A model generated the notes under the pieces. The model was not told where the DNA came from and searched no databases. It was given only the letters and a program-made list of their open reading frames with translations. The translations under genes and the position numbers were made by a program. This document shows, in pieces, positions 29,479 through 42,036 of a stretch of DNA of 64,000 nucleotides. Position 1 is the stretch's first letter; every line of letters starts with the position of its first letter. This stretch comes from Octopus vulgaris (taxonomy: Eukaryota). Location of the stretch: the NCBI GenBank assembly GCA_951406725.2, contig OX597826.1:18228001-18292000 (forward strand). The letters run 5' to 3'.

Positions 29479-30115
29479 CTAGCAGTATTGCCCGGCGTTG
29501 CTCGGGTTTGTAAGGGAAATAACTACATAAGCATTTTTAGAGAGTTATAGCCAAAAAATAGCAAAAAATGCATTAAAAATGGAAAAAATATGATGGTAAA
29601 TTTTTTTTTAAATCGTTGACTCATCGTAGACATTTTTAGAGAGTTACTTCCCTTGTATAATAGCGAAAAAATGCATTAAAATGGAAAAAAAACGATGGTA
29701 AATTTTTTTTTAAATCGTAGACTCATGTAGACGCTTTCTTAGCCATTTCTGTTTTGGTGTCTTCAAGCCATGAAGTCGTTGTTCTAAAAGAACACTGGTC
29801 TCCTTGACAACGCATTACGACGTTGATTTCCTTACACTCCCTTCCCCACAGGTGCAGGTGTGAGCGTGGACGCCAACTCCGCCGCCATCGACACACGAAA
29901 ACTTATGCATTAAAATGGAATAAAAAATGATGTTAAATTATTTTTAAAATCGTAGACTCATCGTAGACGCGCGCTAATATTCAGACGGGCTCGATATGAA
30001 TCACGACTATAAGCTACCCGAATTTGGTTAAACTGTACCGCAAAATGTGGGAGTATTTAGGAATCTAAATCGAAGGGGACAGACACTCACACAACTACAG
30101 TTTTATATATATAGA
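29479..30115 (-). mobile_element. Non-autonomous Helitron
   Basis: Minus strand starts TCtatatatataaaactgtagttgtgtgagtgtctgtc and ends with hairpin cccgagcaacgccggg plus aatactgCTAG. Inserted between A and T with no TSD. Internal ~100-bp subrepeats. Confidence 0.88.
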
Positions 30116-30124
30116 TATACATAG

Positions 30125-30520
30125 CGCAGTAGTGGTGAGATATGACAGCAAAGAAAAGCATACATTCACTCTCTGCATGCAATTAGACTCGGAAAGTTCG
30201 TGAGGAACCCATTGACCCAATTTGCTGACTTTTCCGATAGCACACAGGTGTCAATGAATGGTTGAATGACCAAATCCAAGCTTCTCTGCTAGTTCCTCAA
30301 CAGTTACGATGATATTTTGTTCCACCAGGGTTTTCAGGATGTCCTTGTCGAGTTCTACAGATCTTTCAGGATGAGGCTCGTCTTCTAGGCTGTAGTTTAT
30401 GGCTCGGGATTTCTGGAACCACCATTGACACTGCCTTACGCTTATTGTCCAATCCCCATATACTGCATTAATATTTCTTGTACTTTGCACACATTTATAT
30501 TCTGTTATTCTTTTATATGT
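30125..30520 (-). mobile_element. Mariner transposase 5' fragment
   Basis: NINAVYGDWTISVRQCQWWFQK...LEDEPHPERSVELD...ELAEKLGFGHSTIH*HLCAIGKVSKLGQWVPHELS. Same family as 31495-32383. Confidence 0.88.
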
Positions 30521-31494
30521 TTCAGCCTTGAGGTTGTGGCCATGCTGGATCATGTGTGTGTGTGTGTGTGTGTGTGTGTCTATCTGTCTGTCTGTCTGTA
30601 TGTATATATGTATATGTATGTGTGTGAACAATAATATTTTCAACAGATGTGTTGCAAATGTATCTGATTGTTCTCAAGCTTCAATACTGTGTGTGTGTGT
30701 ATGTGTGTGTGTGTATGTATGTATGTATATGTATGTATGTATATGTATGTATGTATGTATGTGTGTATGTATGTATGTGTGTGTATGTATGTATGTGTGT
30801 GTGTATGTGTGTGTGTGTATGTATGTATGTATGTATGTATGTATGTATGTATGTATGTATGTATGTATGTATGTATGAGTGTATGTTTACTTTATTACTA
30901 ATTACTCTCTTCCAAGAACATTTTCACTCACTCTTAGCTCTTAGCTTCCCATACATTTTACTCATGTATCTATCAGCGTCATAGACAGAATACTTTCACT
31001 TTAGTCTTCCTCAAATCACTCTGTCGGTATTTACTTTCATTTTATTCGTTGCCCACTGTGTGTGTGCGTTTGCGTGTGGTGTAAACCAGACTAAGAAAAG
31101 CATTTCACACACACACCAGAACGTGAGTTTTCTGTAAATTTTGCTTAATTGGAGTTTAAATTTTAAAAACTGGACCTGGCATGACGCGATGCATTGTACT
31201 CTCAAAAATGCTAGGTAAATTGTAATTGAAGAAATCCTATATTGTAGATTTCTATAACTCCCAAAGGGAGGCAGATAAAATCTGCCTTTTATAATAAGAG
31301 ATAAGAACATAATGATAATAATAATAATTTATGTTATATCTATCCCACATTATATCGGTATAACCATGATGTAGCCCTGAAAATCTGATTCACTAGTCAG
31401 TATCATTAAACGGTAGCCAGCATAATGAAATAGTAGCTCTATCTGCATAGTCCTAATGATACCTAAATGAATTTGAAATATACAGGTATATATA

Positions 31495-32383
31495 TTTGGT
31501 CATCCTATAAATAATGCAGTTTTTTCAATTGCATGGAGGGGGATGGGATAAGCTACCTGCATCAACTTGTTATAACAGCTGGAAGTAATTTTACTTTGGA
31601 CTTATTCTTAGTGGAAGTTTTGAAGAGTGCAGTTCAATTTTAACAGTTATTTTTTTCAAAGCTATTACGGAAGTAACAAAGGAGCATGTTCAGCATATTT
31701 TGCTTTATGTGTTCGATAAGGGCAACAACACAAAGGAAATTGAGAGGAATATTAATGCAGTATATGGGGATTGGACAATAAGCATAAGCTAGTGTGAACG
31801 GTGGTTCCAGAAATTCTGAGACAGAACCTAGGAAACAAGCCTCATCCTGGAAGATTTGTAGAGCTTGATGAGGACGTCCTGCAACTCTAGTGGAACAAAA
31901 TCCCATTGTAACTGTTGAGGAACTAAAAGAGAAGCTTGGATTTGGTCATTCAACCATTCATCGATAGAAGAAAAATGACCATCTTAGGTTTCAAGACAAA
32001 AAGTGCTCTTCCATCAGGATAATGCTCAACCACATACAGCAAGGGTGACATTCCAAAGGCTAAAGCAGTTTGAATGGGAAACGATGCCTCACCCACCATA
32101 TTCACCACACATTACCCCATCTGATTATCATTTATTTTGCAATCTTCAAAATCATTTGGATGGAAAAAATATGAATTCTATAGACGAGGTCAGAACAGTA
32201 CTGAAGGGGTATTTTTCGTCACAGACAAGTGAATTACAGAAGAGGGGCCTTGCAAGTCTACCAGATAGATGGAAGAGCATTGTAGAAAATGAAGGAGAGT
32301 ATATTGTAGATTAAAAATGAACTTTGTTTATCTCAATTTTGAAAAATAAAAGAAGTATAAAAAATCTGCATTATTTATGGGAT
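31495..32383 (+). mobile_element. Internally deleted mariner (DD34D) with both TIRs
   Basis: TIRs catcctataaataatgcag / ctgcattatttatgggat. The HTH region is fused directly to FHQDNAQPH...HPPYSPHITPSDYHLF (deletion near 31962). Confidence 0.9.
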
Positions 32384-32473
32384 ACATATATATAATATAT
32401 ACATACATATACATATATACATATATATATATATACATATAAATATAAAATACATACATATATATATGCATGC

Positions 32474-32521
<48 letters not shown>

Positions 32522-32821
32522 AATACATAGATATATATATAATATACATATACTCTTTTACATTTTTCAGTCATATATATATATAATATAAATAATATAT
32601 ATATATGGATATATACATACATATATGTACATATTTACATATGTATGTATATATGCATGTATGGGTACAGGACATCATAAAATGTAAACAACATGAAATA
32701 CGAAAACATGGAATGCGAACTTTTTTTGCGAACAACAAAAGAAACAAATGGAAAACAAGGCAAGCAACATAAATAACGACCCTTCATCAGTTGTCTGCTG
32801 TTTTATCTACTCCACATTTCG

Positions 32822-32858
<37 letters not shown>

Positions 32859-33299
32859 CAAAATGGGACAAGAACACAAAACATCTGGACAACTAGGTGA
32901 TACAAAAAGGGACAACAAAACATCCAGATAGACGATACAAAGAAAACAAGGACGGGTCATTCGAAGTTTTCTTTGTTTTTATTTATATATTTATTTATAC
33001 TTTGTTTTTGTATCTGGTTTGCAAGATTCTTTATGTGAATTTGTGTGTTGAAACAAATTTTGTTGTGTCTAGAGAGAGTCATTATGACAGTATAATTAAC
33101 ACACACACTGGCTCAGTTCCACTCGTTTTCTTTATGTATAAATATGTGTTTATATATACTTATACACATACATGTTTGTATGCATGTATATATAGAGATG
33201 TGTCTGTGCACGCACATATGTGTGTTTGTGTATGTGTGTGTGTGTGTGTGTGTAGACATACACTCATAGAGGATGGCTGCAGCTCAATTTTGAGTAATG

Positions 33300-33700
33300 T
33301 TATGTTCTCTTTAACATGAGCAGCATGAATGTGGCTTTTCAGTCCTACCAGGGACTTACAAGCACGAGTGGCAATGATGGGCACCTTAATTTTGGTTTGT
33401 GCATTAGTCTTTTACTCTGGGGCTTAGGGATTTGATTATCTTCCATCCTAACCACATGACCACTCCATCATAATTGATGCTAAAGTGCTAGAAAATCTGT
33501 ACTGGTAGACTTTCTATGTTGAAGGACTTCAAAATTACTTACAAACATTTGCCATTAGAACCCAGTATACAGCAGAGACATTGCTCCAGCCTTTATATAG
33601 CTGACTGGTGAGTACACAGGTCTCATATGCATATAGCAATCATGACAAAAATATTGTAGACCTTCAGCTTTGTCTCAGTTCAGATAACATGTGAGATAGC
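33300..33700 (-). mobile_element. RTE-clade LINE 3' fragment
   Basis: TKLKVYNIFV...YAYETCVL and a terminal ACKSLVGLKSHIHAAH zinc-finger-like remnant. Confidence 0.6.
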
Positions 33701-34219
33701 AAGCACGAAAAACAAAAGCAAATGTTATATTAGATTAACACTTAAAAAGAAGGAAAGGAGTCTTGACATTTTGGACACTAGTCCCTGATCAGAAAGATAA
33801 AAGAACAAGAAAAGATGCTGGTGAAAAATACAAAAAGAAGAGGTGGCTTGAAAAATAATAAAGGTTTGAGGCTGGAGTGCTGATGGCAGAGGAAGGTATG
33901 GAGGAAATGAGAGAAAAGAGGGAAAAGAAAAAGTGAAAGAAAATAAGTTTGTGTGTTTGTGTAGTGAAAGTACATGGCTTAGTGGATAGAGTGTTGCACT
34001 CGTAATTGTAAGATTGAGGTTTCAAATCCACAGGGGGATGCATTTGTTCTTGAAGAAAATCCTTCATTTCGCATTGATCCAATCCACTTAGCAGGCAAAA
34101 ATGAGTAATACTGTGACAGACCAGCGTCTTGTCCAGAGAGAGTGTATATATATGTCACAGAATCCTAGAAACCTGTCTTATGATCCTCTGGCTTGGAAAG
34201 GATCTCTGGGCCTTTTGTA

Positions 34220-34298
<79 letters not shown>

Positions 34299-34316
34299 TA
34301 TGTGTTTATAATATAA

Positions 34317-35150
34317 CACGCATGGCTGAGTAGTAAGTTCTGGGTCCAATCCCACTGTGTGGCACCTTGGGCAAGTGTCTTCTACTATAGCCTTGGGCTG
34401 ACTAAAGCCTTGTAAGTGGATTTGGTAGATGGAAACTATAAGAAGCCTGTCATGTGTGTGTATGAGTATGTGTGTGTGTGTGTATGTGTGTGCATGTGTG
34501 TGCGTGTGTGTGTCTGTGCCTGTGTTTGTCCCCCACCGCTGCATGATGGCCGGTGTTGGTGTGTTTATGTCCCAATAACTTAGCAGTTGGCAAAAGAGAC
34601 TGAGAGAATAAGTACCAGATTTTAAAAAAATAAGTCCTGGGGTTGATTTATTCAGCTAAAACCCCTTCATGGCAGTGCCCCAGCTTGGCTGCAGTCAAAT
34701 GACTGAAACAAGTAAAAAGATAAAAAAGAAAGATAAATATATATACAGTAGGTGCAGGCATGGCTGTGTGGTAAGAAGAAGCTTACTTCCCAACCACAGG
34801 GTTCTGATTTCAGTCCTACCATGTGACACCATGGGCAAGTGTCTTCTACTATAACTTCGGGCTGACCAAAGCCTTGTGAGTGGATTTGGTAGATGGAAAT
34901 TGAAAGAACCCCATCATATATTTATGTGTGTGTGTGTCTTTGCATTTGTGTTTGTCCCCTATCACTAGTTGACAACCAGTGTTGGTGTATTTACATCCCT
35001 GTGACTTAGCAGTTCAGAAATAGAGACCAACAGAATAAATACTAGACTTTAAAAAAGGTAAGTAGTGGGATCGATTCATTCGGATACAAATTTGCTAAGG
35101 CAGTGCCCCAGCATGGCCTTAGTCTAATGATTGAAACAATTAAAAGATAA
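34317..35150 (+). mobile_element. Two tandem tRNA-derived SINEs (family A)
   Basis: Copies at ~34317-34733 and ~34751-35150, each with head, internal TG tract and gactgaaacaagtaaaaga-like tail. Confidence 0.85.
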
Positions 35151-35465
35151 ATGGTAGGTAAGGTACGTACATACATACATTCATACATACATGCATGCAT
35201 ACATACATACATACATACATACATACATGCATACATACATACATGCATACATACATACATACATACATGCATGCATACATACATACATGCATACATACAT
35301 ACATGCATACATACATACATGCATACATACATACATACATACATACATACGTACATACATACATACGTACATACATACATACATACATACATACATACAT
35401 ACATACATACATACATACCTACATGCATGCATACATACATACATACATACATACACACATGCATG

Positions 35466-35502
<37 letters not shown>

Positions 35503-36117
35503 CATCATCATCATCATTTAACGTATGTTTTCGACGATGGCATGGGTTGGACAGTTTGAAAGGAGCTGGCATGCCAGAGGATTGCACCAGGCTCCAGTCT
35601 TAGCATGGTTTCTCTGGTTGGATGCCCTTCCTAATGCCAACGACAGAATGTATTGGGTGCTTCTTTTTGTGGTGCCAGCATGGGTGCTTTCAACGTGGGT
35701 CCAGTATCCACAGGTGTCACCAAATAACCAACAACACAAAGATGTCCCAGGTGAGAGAGGGAGAGAGGAGTGGGTATGTGCCGGGCAAGAAGAGGCTGGT
35801 TCACAAGGGGAGATGCTTGACAACCCCAGTAGAACGAGGAAGTAGAAGAGAGAGGTAGAAGAGAGTTAGAGAGAAAGATGGACACAGTTAGACTGAGTGA
35901 GAAAGACAGCGAGAGAGAGAGAGGGGGGGGGGAGCCTACCTCAGGGAACAGTGGTGGGGAATATAAGTAGTACAGCTGGGGTAGAGATGTTTCATAAGAG
36001 TGTAAGGGGGAGACGCTTAGAGATAGCAAGTGGCAGTGAGAGGAAGTGGAGTGGGATGCAGTGGGGGGTGGGAACTTGGGGAAGATGACTTGTGAGTGAG
36101 TTGTGCCAGAGGACAGA

Positions 36118-36154
<37 letters not shown>

Positions 36155-36188
36155 ATGTATTGTGTGTGTGTATGTGTGTGTGTATGTG

Positions 36189-36226
<38 letters not shown>

Positions 36227-36688
36227 AGTACTCAGCATTTCCCAGGAGCTGTATATGTAGAAACATTTTATGTTAAACTTAAATGATATAATTTAAAGTG
36301 AGATCTTTTTTTATATAATTATATTTGCATATTTTTTCATTGTAAGGCAGCCTCGTGTCTAAAGTTGACTTTCTCAATGTTTCTTCAATGTATGAAGCTT
36401 TTGAGACTGTTTATAATTTTAATTATATGACTTAAGAATGTTATCTTAATGTTTCACTTTATATATTTTCTTGTAATTCTACATTGATATGCAGCACATA
36501 AAACGGATGCAGTTCTTATAGAAATGTGTTCTGTGTTCTATTCAACAAGAGCTCTAGGAAAGAAAACACTTTTTTATTCTGCAGTTTGTTGTTCTGATGA
36601 AAAGACGTCTGTTAAGCCCAACATGTGAGCATGCAGCGTAGAGTTGGCTATGGGAGAAACATGGACTTGTCGGTTCAACTCCAGTAAC

Positions 36689-36709
36689 CTGCGGTGACTT
36701 TCCTTAAGA
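36689..36709 (-). CDS. Candidate 21-nt cassette microexon (phase 2-2, HLKESHR), or the 5' part of an alternative terminal exon extending to 36574
   Basis: Strong pyrimidine tract cttatctttttttcttcttggtgctcatcaag|, weak donor CAG|gttact. The same frame stays open to TAA at 36576-36574, which overlaps an AATAAA. Lies in a non-repetitive island. Confidence 0.4.
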
Positions 36710-37105
36710 CTTGATGAGCACCAAGAAGAAAAAAAGATAAGTGACGCTAGAAACTGAAGGTATTTGAAATTAAAATACTTTGGCTGATGGAATGAGGGGA
36801 CTGTGTGGAATGGAAACATCTCATATGACGCAACCAGTCATATAATGCTTGTTTTGGCTACATGAGGTATAAGGATTTTTGATATGGCTAACACCCATAT
36901 TAACTGGTGATATGCAATACTACAGAACACTTATCTTCTCATGATAAAACACCCCTTACACAAAAGAAGTGTTTAAGAAGGTGTGTGCGTATGTGTGTGT
37001 AAGTGTGAGTAAGTGTTGACATCACAAGAATCATTTTATAAACTTTTGAGAGAAAGTAACTAATTCTTGTTTTTTACTATCTTGAAGCACATTACATAAA
37101 GCTAT

Positions 37106-37249
37106 GTAAATACAGGAATGAAAAACCCTTTTGGATAGAAAAAAATCAAATGTTGCCCATGAAACTTGAACCCACATCTCCTGTAGACATGGCAAGTGTT
37201 CTATGTTTGACTATTTTTATCCAAAAGGGTTTTACAGCCTAATACTTAC
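37106..37249. mobile_element. Small inverted-repeat element enclosing a tRNA/B-box-like fragment
   Basis: aaaacccttttggatagaaaaaaatcaaa / tttgactatttttatccaaaagggtttt arms. Partial second copy near 60115-60150. Confidence 0.6.
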
Positions 37250-37935
37250 ATCCTATTATTTATAACTTTACATGTGTAGTTCTGGGTTCGATCCCGCTGT
37301 GTGGCACCAGGCAAGCATCTTCTACCAAAACCTTTTGAGTTGATTTGGTAAACAGAAACTGAGAGAAGCCCATTGTGTGTGTGTGTGTGTGCCTCTGTGT
37401 GTGTGTGTGTGTGTACATGATAACACTTCCACTCGCTTTTAATCTTAACTGTTTGAATGTGTTATCATATACATTGTTTTGCCTTGGTATAAAAGATGGG
37501 CTACAGCAAATATTCTACTCAATATCATAGATTTGTTTGACAGTTGCTTGACCTTAACCAGTTGAGCATGTCCCTTTGTAGCAGACGATATGTGCATCTC
37601 TGATCACAAGCAGAAGTAGTGGGGGAGCATCATAGCCATGTGTTGAAAGAAATTCCTTGAGGTTTGGATAATTCACCTTTGGAAACATGGGTGTTTCATT
37701 CAACATCCTTAAACAACCCTTATTCAGGAACCTTTTGAGCAGGATGGGCTACTCGACCTGCAGAAAATTCTCCCTGGGCCCCACCTGCAATGTCATACAC
37801 TGTTTATCTTGTTATAAAATTACCATGTCGCGCACATATGATTGTGATGCATGTGCCTGGTGTACCCATATAAGATGAGTAGTCACCCCAGTGTTACTTT
37901 GATGGTATGCACTGCTCTCTCACTCAGTAATAATG

Positions 37936-38135
37936 GGTTTCAAACTTTGGCACAAGGCCAGTAATTTTGGAGGAGGGAGTAAGTCAATTACATCGACCGC
38001 AGTGCTCGACAGGTATTTATTTTATCGATCACCAAAAGGATGAAAGGCAAAGTTGACCTCAGTGGAATTTGCACTCAGAATGTAATGATGGACATAGACG
38101 AAATGCTTGTAAGCATTTTGCCCAGCACAGTAACA
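37936..38135 (-). mobile_element. tRNA-derived SINE (family B)
   Basis: Reverse complement of the family B core (actttgcctttcatccttttggtgatcgataaaataaatacc). Confidence 0.75.
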
Positions 38136-39167
38136 ATTTCCCCCAGATCCAACCCTCTCTACTGCTCCATCTGCTCCATCATGTTACATTCTCCTCCCTC
38201 TATCACTTCATCACTCACAACACACACACACCCACTCCCCCTCTCTCTCTCCTAGGTTACTTCTACTGCCACCCAAATACCTCATCTGTAGCCTTTCATT
38301 CCATCACTGAATTCTTTGTTCCTACCTACTGCTCCTCCTTTATCCCTCTCTCTCTCTCTCCCTCTCCACCCTTCCACCCTCTCTCCATTGCCTTCCCATA
38401 TGGAATCTCTTTGCTCCTTTCCATTTGGGATACTTTCACAGTTTCCACACTCTTCTCTTCCTCTTTTATCTATGACACCCTCAAGCATTTCTTCCCCTTC
38501 TTCTACTGCACTCACCTACCGATTATCTTCTCCCCACTGCTCCTCCACCTCTTCAGCAGTTCTTCTTTTGTCCCTTTGGCTTTAACCTCATGACCCCTCC
38601 CCACATCTCTCCTCCTTCAATGACTCTCCCAGGATTCTCCTCATCCTATCTATTAGCTTCTTAACTGTCCCCTTTCCCTCACACCTGTCATACTCATTAT
38701 AAGGTACATTAACCTTAGACACCTCTACACAACCCACCCTATCACCTTTCTCGATAAGCCCTGTCACTAACCCTTTACCTTTCCCTATCCTGGTATTCCT
38801 TGTCCTACTCCTTTGCCCAATTAGTGACAACTCTGCTGCTCTGTTACTCTCTCCACCACAACACAACCACAGATATAAATTTGTTAAACTCTCTCAGACA
38901 GAAAGTTTCATAAAAGGCTGAAGGAGGAATGAAAGCCAAGCTTAACGTGACAAACTGATGTTTCTCTGCTTCAAACTAACTCACCTTCTCTACCATTCCA
39001 TTTCTACAACATTTAATCTCTCTACATATCTTATTTAGATTCATTCCTCATTCCAAAGGGCCATGGATCAGTGTTTTTTGCTTTTGCTTTTTTGTTTATG
39101 CATTATTCTGGTTTGCATCTGAACCTCATGGAGAAATGGCAATATTGTTTCAAAACAAACAAACATT

Positions 39168-39586
39168 ACTCTTTTTACTCTTTTACTCTTTTACTTGTTT
39201 CAGTCATTTGACTGCGGCTATGCTGGAGCACCGCCTTTAATTGAGCAACTCGACCCCAGGACTTATTCTTTTTTGTAAGCCCAGTAATTATTCTATCGGT
39301 CTCTTTTGCCGAACCGCTAAGTAACGGGGACATAAGCACACCAGCATCAGTTGTCAAGCAATGCTAGGGGGACAAACACAGACACACAAACACACACACG
39401 CATATATATATATATATACATATATACGACGGGCTTCTTTCAGTTTCCGTCTACCAAATCCACTCACAAGGCTTTGGTCGGCCCAAGGCTATAGTAGAAG
39501 ACACTTGCCCAAGGTGCCACACAGTGGAACTGAACCTGGAACCATGTGGTTGGTTAGCAAGCTACTTACCACACAGCCACTCGTGC
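39168..39586 (-). mobile_element. tRNA-derived SINE (family A), young full-length copy
   Basis: CpG-rich, close to consensus, with (ctctttta)n tail. Confidence 0.9.
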
Positions 39587-39711
39587 GTCTTTCATCCATT
39601 GACACTTTACTATTATATTACTATTATATTTGAATATCTGAGACAGTATTGCTCTCTACCTATACAGAATAGATATGGCTGAGGCAGTACTACTATTATT
39701 ACTATTATACG

Positions 39712-39905
39712 AGGCAATTTCTACTCTTCTCCTCTGGAAGCCATCTACTTGCAATACCAGAGGGCGCATACTCTCCTACCCTGATGTAATCTCCAGAGAT
39801 ACAGACATCCAGCAACAGGACCTCCATAATGCTATGATGGACCGTGAAGTCTGGCGTAGCATGGTAAATTCCATTGTCTCGACCACAGTCGAACAATGAT
39901 GATGA
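39712..39905 (+). mobile_element. 5'-truncated RTE-like LINE 3' end with (GAT)n tail
   Basis: LLLWKPS...RGRILSYPDVISRD...AMMDREVWRSMV, then tgatgatga. ttactattata flanks both sides (candidate TSD). Confidence 0.75.
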
Positions 39906-40474
39906 TTACTATTATATTTGAATATCTGAGACAGTAATGCTGAAATATCATAACCAGCACTGCTCTTTAGCTATACATCATATATCTATGATGTGTAAAT
40001 ATAGTAGCCTCCAAGTCAGTACTGCTCTTATATTTATACAACCAAGACACAATTGCTACTTTACCCACACAACCGAGTCACATTTTAGACAGTACAACTG
40101 CTGTATCCACACATCTCACGTCACACCTAAAATCAAGGTAATGGAGCTGATTTGCTCATTAGCATTCAGGTGACTATCTCAAATATAATGCTTATTTATT
40201 TGTGTTGTTTTGAATTAGTCCTTTATTATCATGTAGCTTTGAGGTTTTGATGATGTGGTTCTTTATATTTAAATGACATAGTGGGCTAGGGGGGAGAGGC
40301 CAGATCTGGTCAGTTTGAACATGAAGTGGGTAGAATATCTGGGCTAGATATGGCTGGAATAAATGCTAAAGAGTTAATAGACCCTTTTCCCTGACAAGAT
40401 GACAAAACCACTGTTCACATACATATTATTATTTCTTCTTTCTGTCACTTCTACTAATATGACAATGATTGAGG

Positions 40475-40665
40475 GTGGTGAGCATGCTGGGCAAAATGCT
40501 TAGCAACATGTTGTCTGTCTTTATGAGTTCAAATGCCGCCAAGGTTAACCTTGCCTGTCATCCTTTCAGTGTCGGTAAAATAAATACCAGTTGAGTAATG
40601 GGGTCAATATAATCAACTTACCCCTCCCCCGAACTTGCTGGCCTTGTGCCAAAATTTGTGACTAA
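40475..40665 (+). mobile_element. tRNA-derived SINE (family B)
   Basis: gagttcaaatgccgccaagg...cctgtcatcctttcagtgtcggtaaaataaataccag. Confidence 0.7.
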
Positions 40666-41054
40666 TATTATAATGGCATCATCTTCTTCTCTGAATTAAC
40701 GAACTATATAATCTTTTACTAAGACCAAAATATTATATTCCACCATGACATTCTTCCTTCTTTTGTTAGCCTTTTCCTTGGACACTGCATTCAGCATTTC
40801 ATCCAGTCATTCCCTACCAAAACAGAAATTCTCTGGATTTGCCTGCAAGTTCATACATTTCCTAAAGATGACAACCTACAAAATTTAAAACTAAGTGCCA
40901 ATCACAGCATCTTACCCATTTAATAGAAAACCCTTTAAAGGCTGCAAGCTTTTTGCCACCTCTTCTAACTAATAAAAATGTAGTAGTAGTAGTAACTGTG
41001 GTGGTAGTAAGGACATCATTATTGAAGTTGTGGCTCCTTTTCCTTTTAGTGCTA

Positions 41055-41350
41055 ACATAAAAAAGAATAACAATTTCTTTTCCTCAACAGGCCCTGCCCT
41101 ATTTAACATTGTCCCGAGGGAGATCAAAGAGAAAAAGGATCCCATCAACTTTAAATGGAGTCTGGATAGATTCCTTCAAAGAATACCAGATAAGCCACCC
41201 ATAATTGGATACAACTCACCCAACAAGAACTCACTACTTGAACAAAACTTGACCTAAACAAAACTTGACTTAAACAGGATTTGAATAATCCTATCAGGTG
41301 GTGCTATTAAGTTAGACATGGCCTGAACCAATCTTTGGTCGAAACATATC
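41055..41350 (+). mobile_element. CR1/L2-group LINE 3' end
   Basis: NNFFSSTGPALFNIVPREIKEKKDPINFKWSLDRFLQRIPDKP is a typical ORF2 C-terminus of this group. Confidence 0.75.
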
Positions 41351-41656
41351 TATGTTATCTAAGTTATAATACCAATAAATTACTATTTTCTGTTTTCTGC
41401 TTCCTTGAAAATCGTAGATGTTTTCTAGTCAGTTGTGGTTTCCAAAGAAACACCTCCATAGAATTGTCCAAATGCACATCAGAATCACTTCTGAGACAAG
41501 GCCTTCTTAATAGCGCCCTTCCCCTCAAACAGCATGTCAAAGGAATGATATGATGACATAAATATATAAACAATGAAAAAGACAGTAGACAAGCAATGTA
41601 GTGTGACCAATGATATAAGCATCAGAAGTGGAACATAAAATGTAAACACGGCTTAC

Positions 41657-41675
41657 TGGCTGCTGTGTTTCTCTG
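41657..41675 (-). CDS. Candidate 19-nt microexon (phase 1-2), AEKHSS
   Basis: Acceptor ctttttcagtgttcttgcacag|, strong donor CCA|gtaagc, ~230 nt downstream of the EGF exon. Open in frame and phase-compatible with the 21-nt and 26-nt exons. A competing upstream AG would give a 32-nt form (41657-41688, phase 1-0). Confidence 0.5.
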
Positions 41676-41904
41676 CTGTGCAAGAACACTGAAAAAGTTA
41701 TACAAATTCAAATGTGCAAACATATCTAAAAACAAAAATAACACACAAACAGAAATGAAAACATGAAAAAAAAAAACTTAAACACAGAAACAAAAGCATG
41801 TACAAAGACATAGAAACATGGAAACAAAATTATGTTTAAAAAGCATATAAACAAATAAAGAACAGAGAACAATGTGCAAATTTAGACAAAGTGAGACGAT
41901 GTAC

Positions 41905-42036
41905 CTGTACAGTCCCTTTGATTCTCCTGCAAAGTGAACCCGTTGGGACATGTGCAGTATGCACTTCCTGGTGTGTTAATGCAACCGTACGAACAAGCCT
42001 TGCTTTGGTTAGTAGATGTGCTGCATTCATCTATAT
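41905..42036 (-). CDS. Internal exon (132 nt, phase 1-1) encoding a calcium-binding EGF-like domain
   Basis: Minus strand reads ...tctactaactctag|AT ATA GAT GAA TGC...GAC TGT ACA G|gtacat. Translation (D)IDECSTSTNQSKACSYGCINTPGSAYCTCPNGFTLQENQRDCT has 6 Cys in EGF spacing and the DIDEC Ca-binding start. Length is divisible by 3. Confidence 0.95.

Noticed and set aside
38069-38866. Long Ser/Pro/Leu-rich ORFs
   Set aside because: Pyrimidine-rich low-complexity, retroelement-UTR-like sequence with no domain or splice logic.
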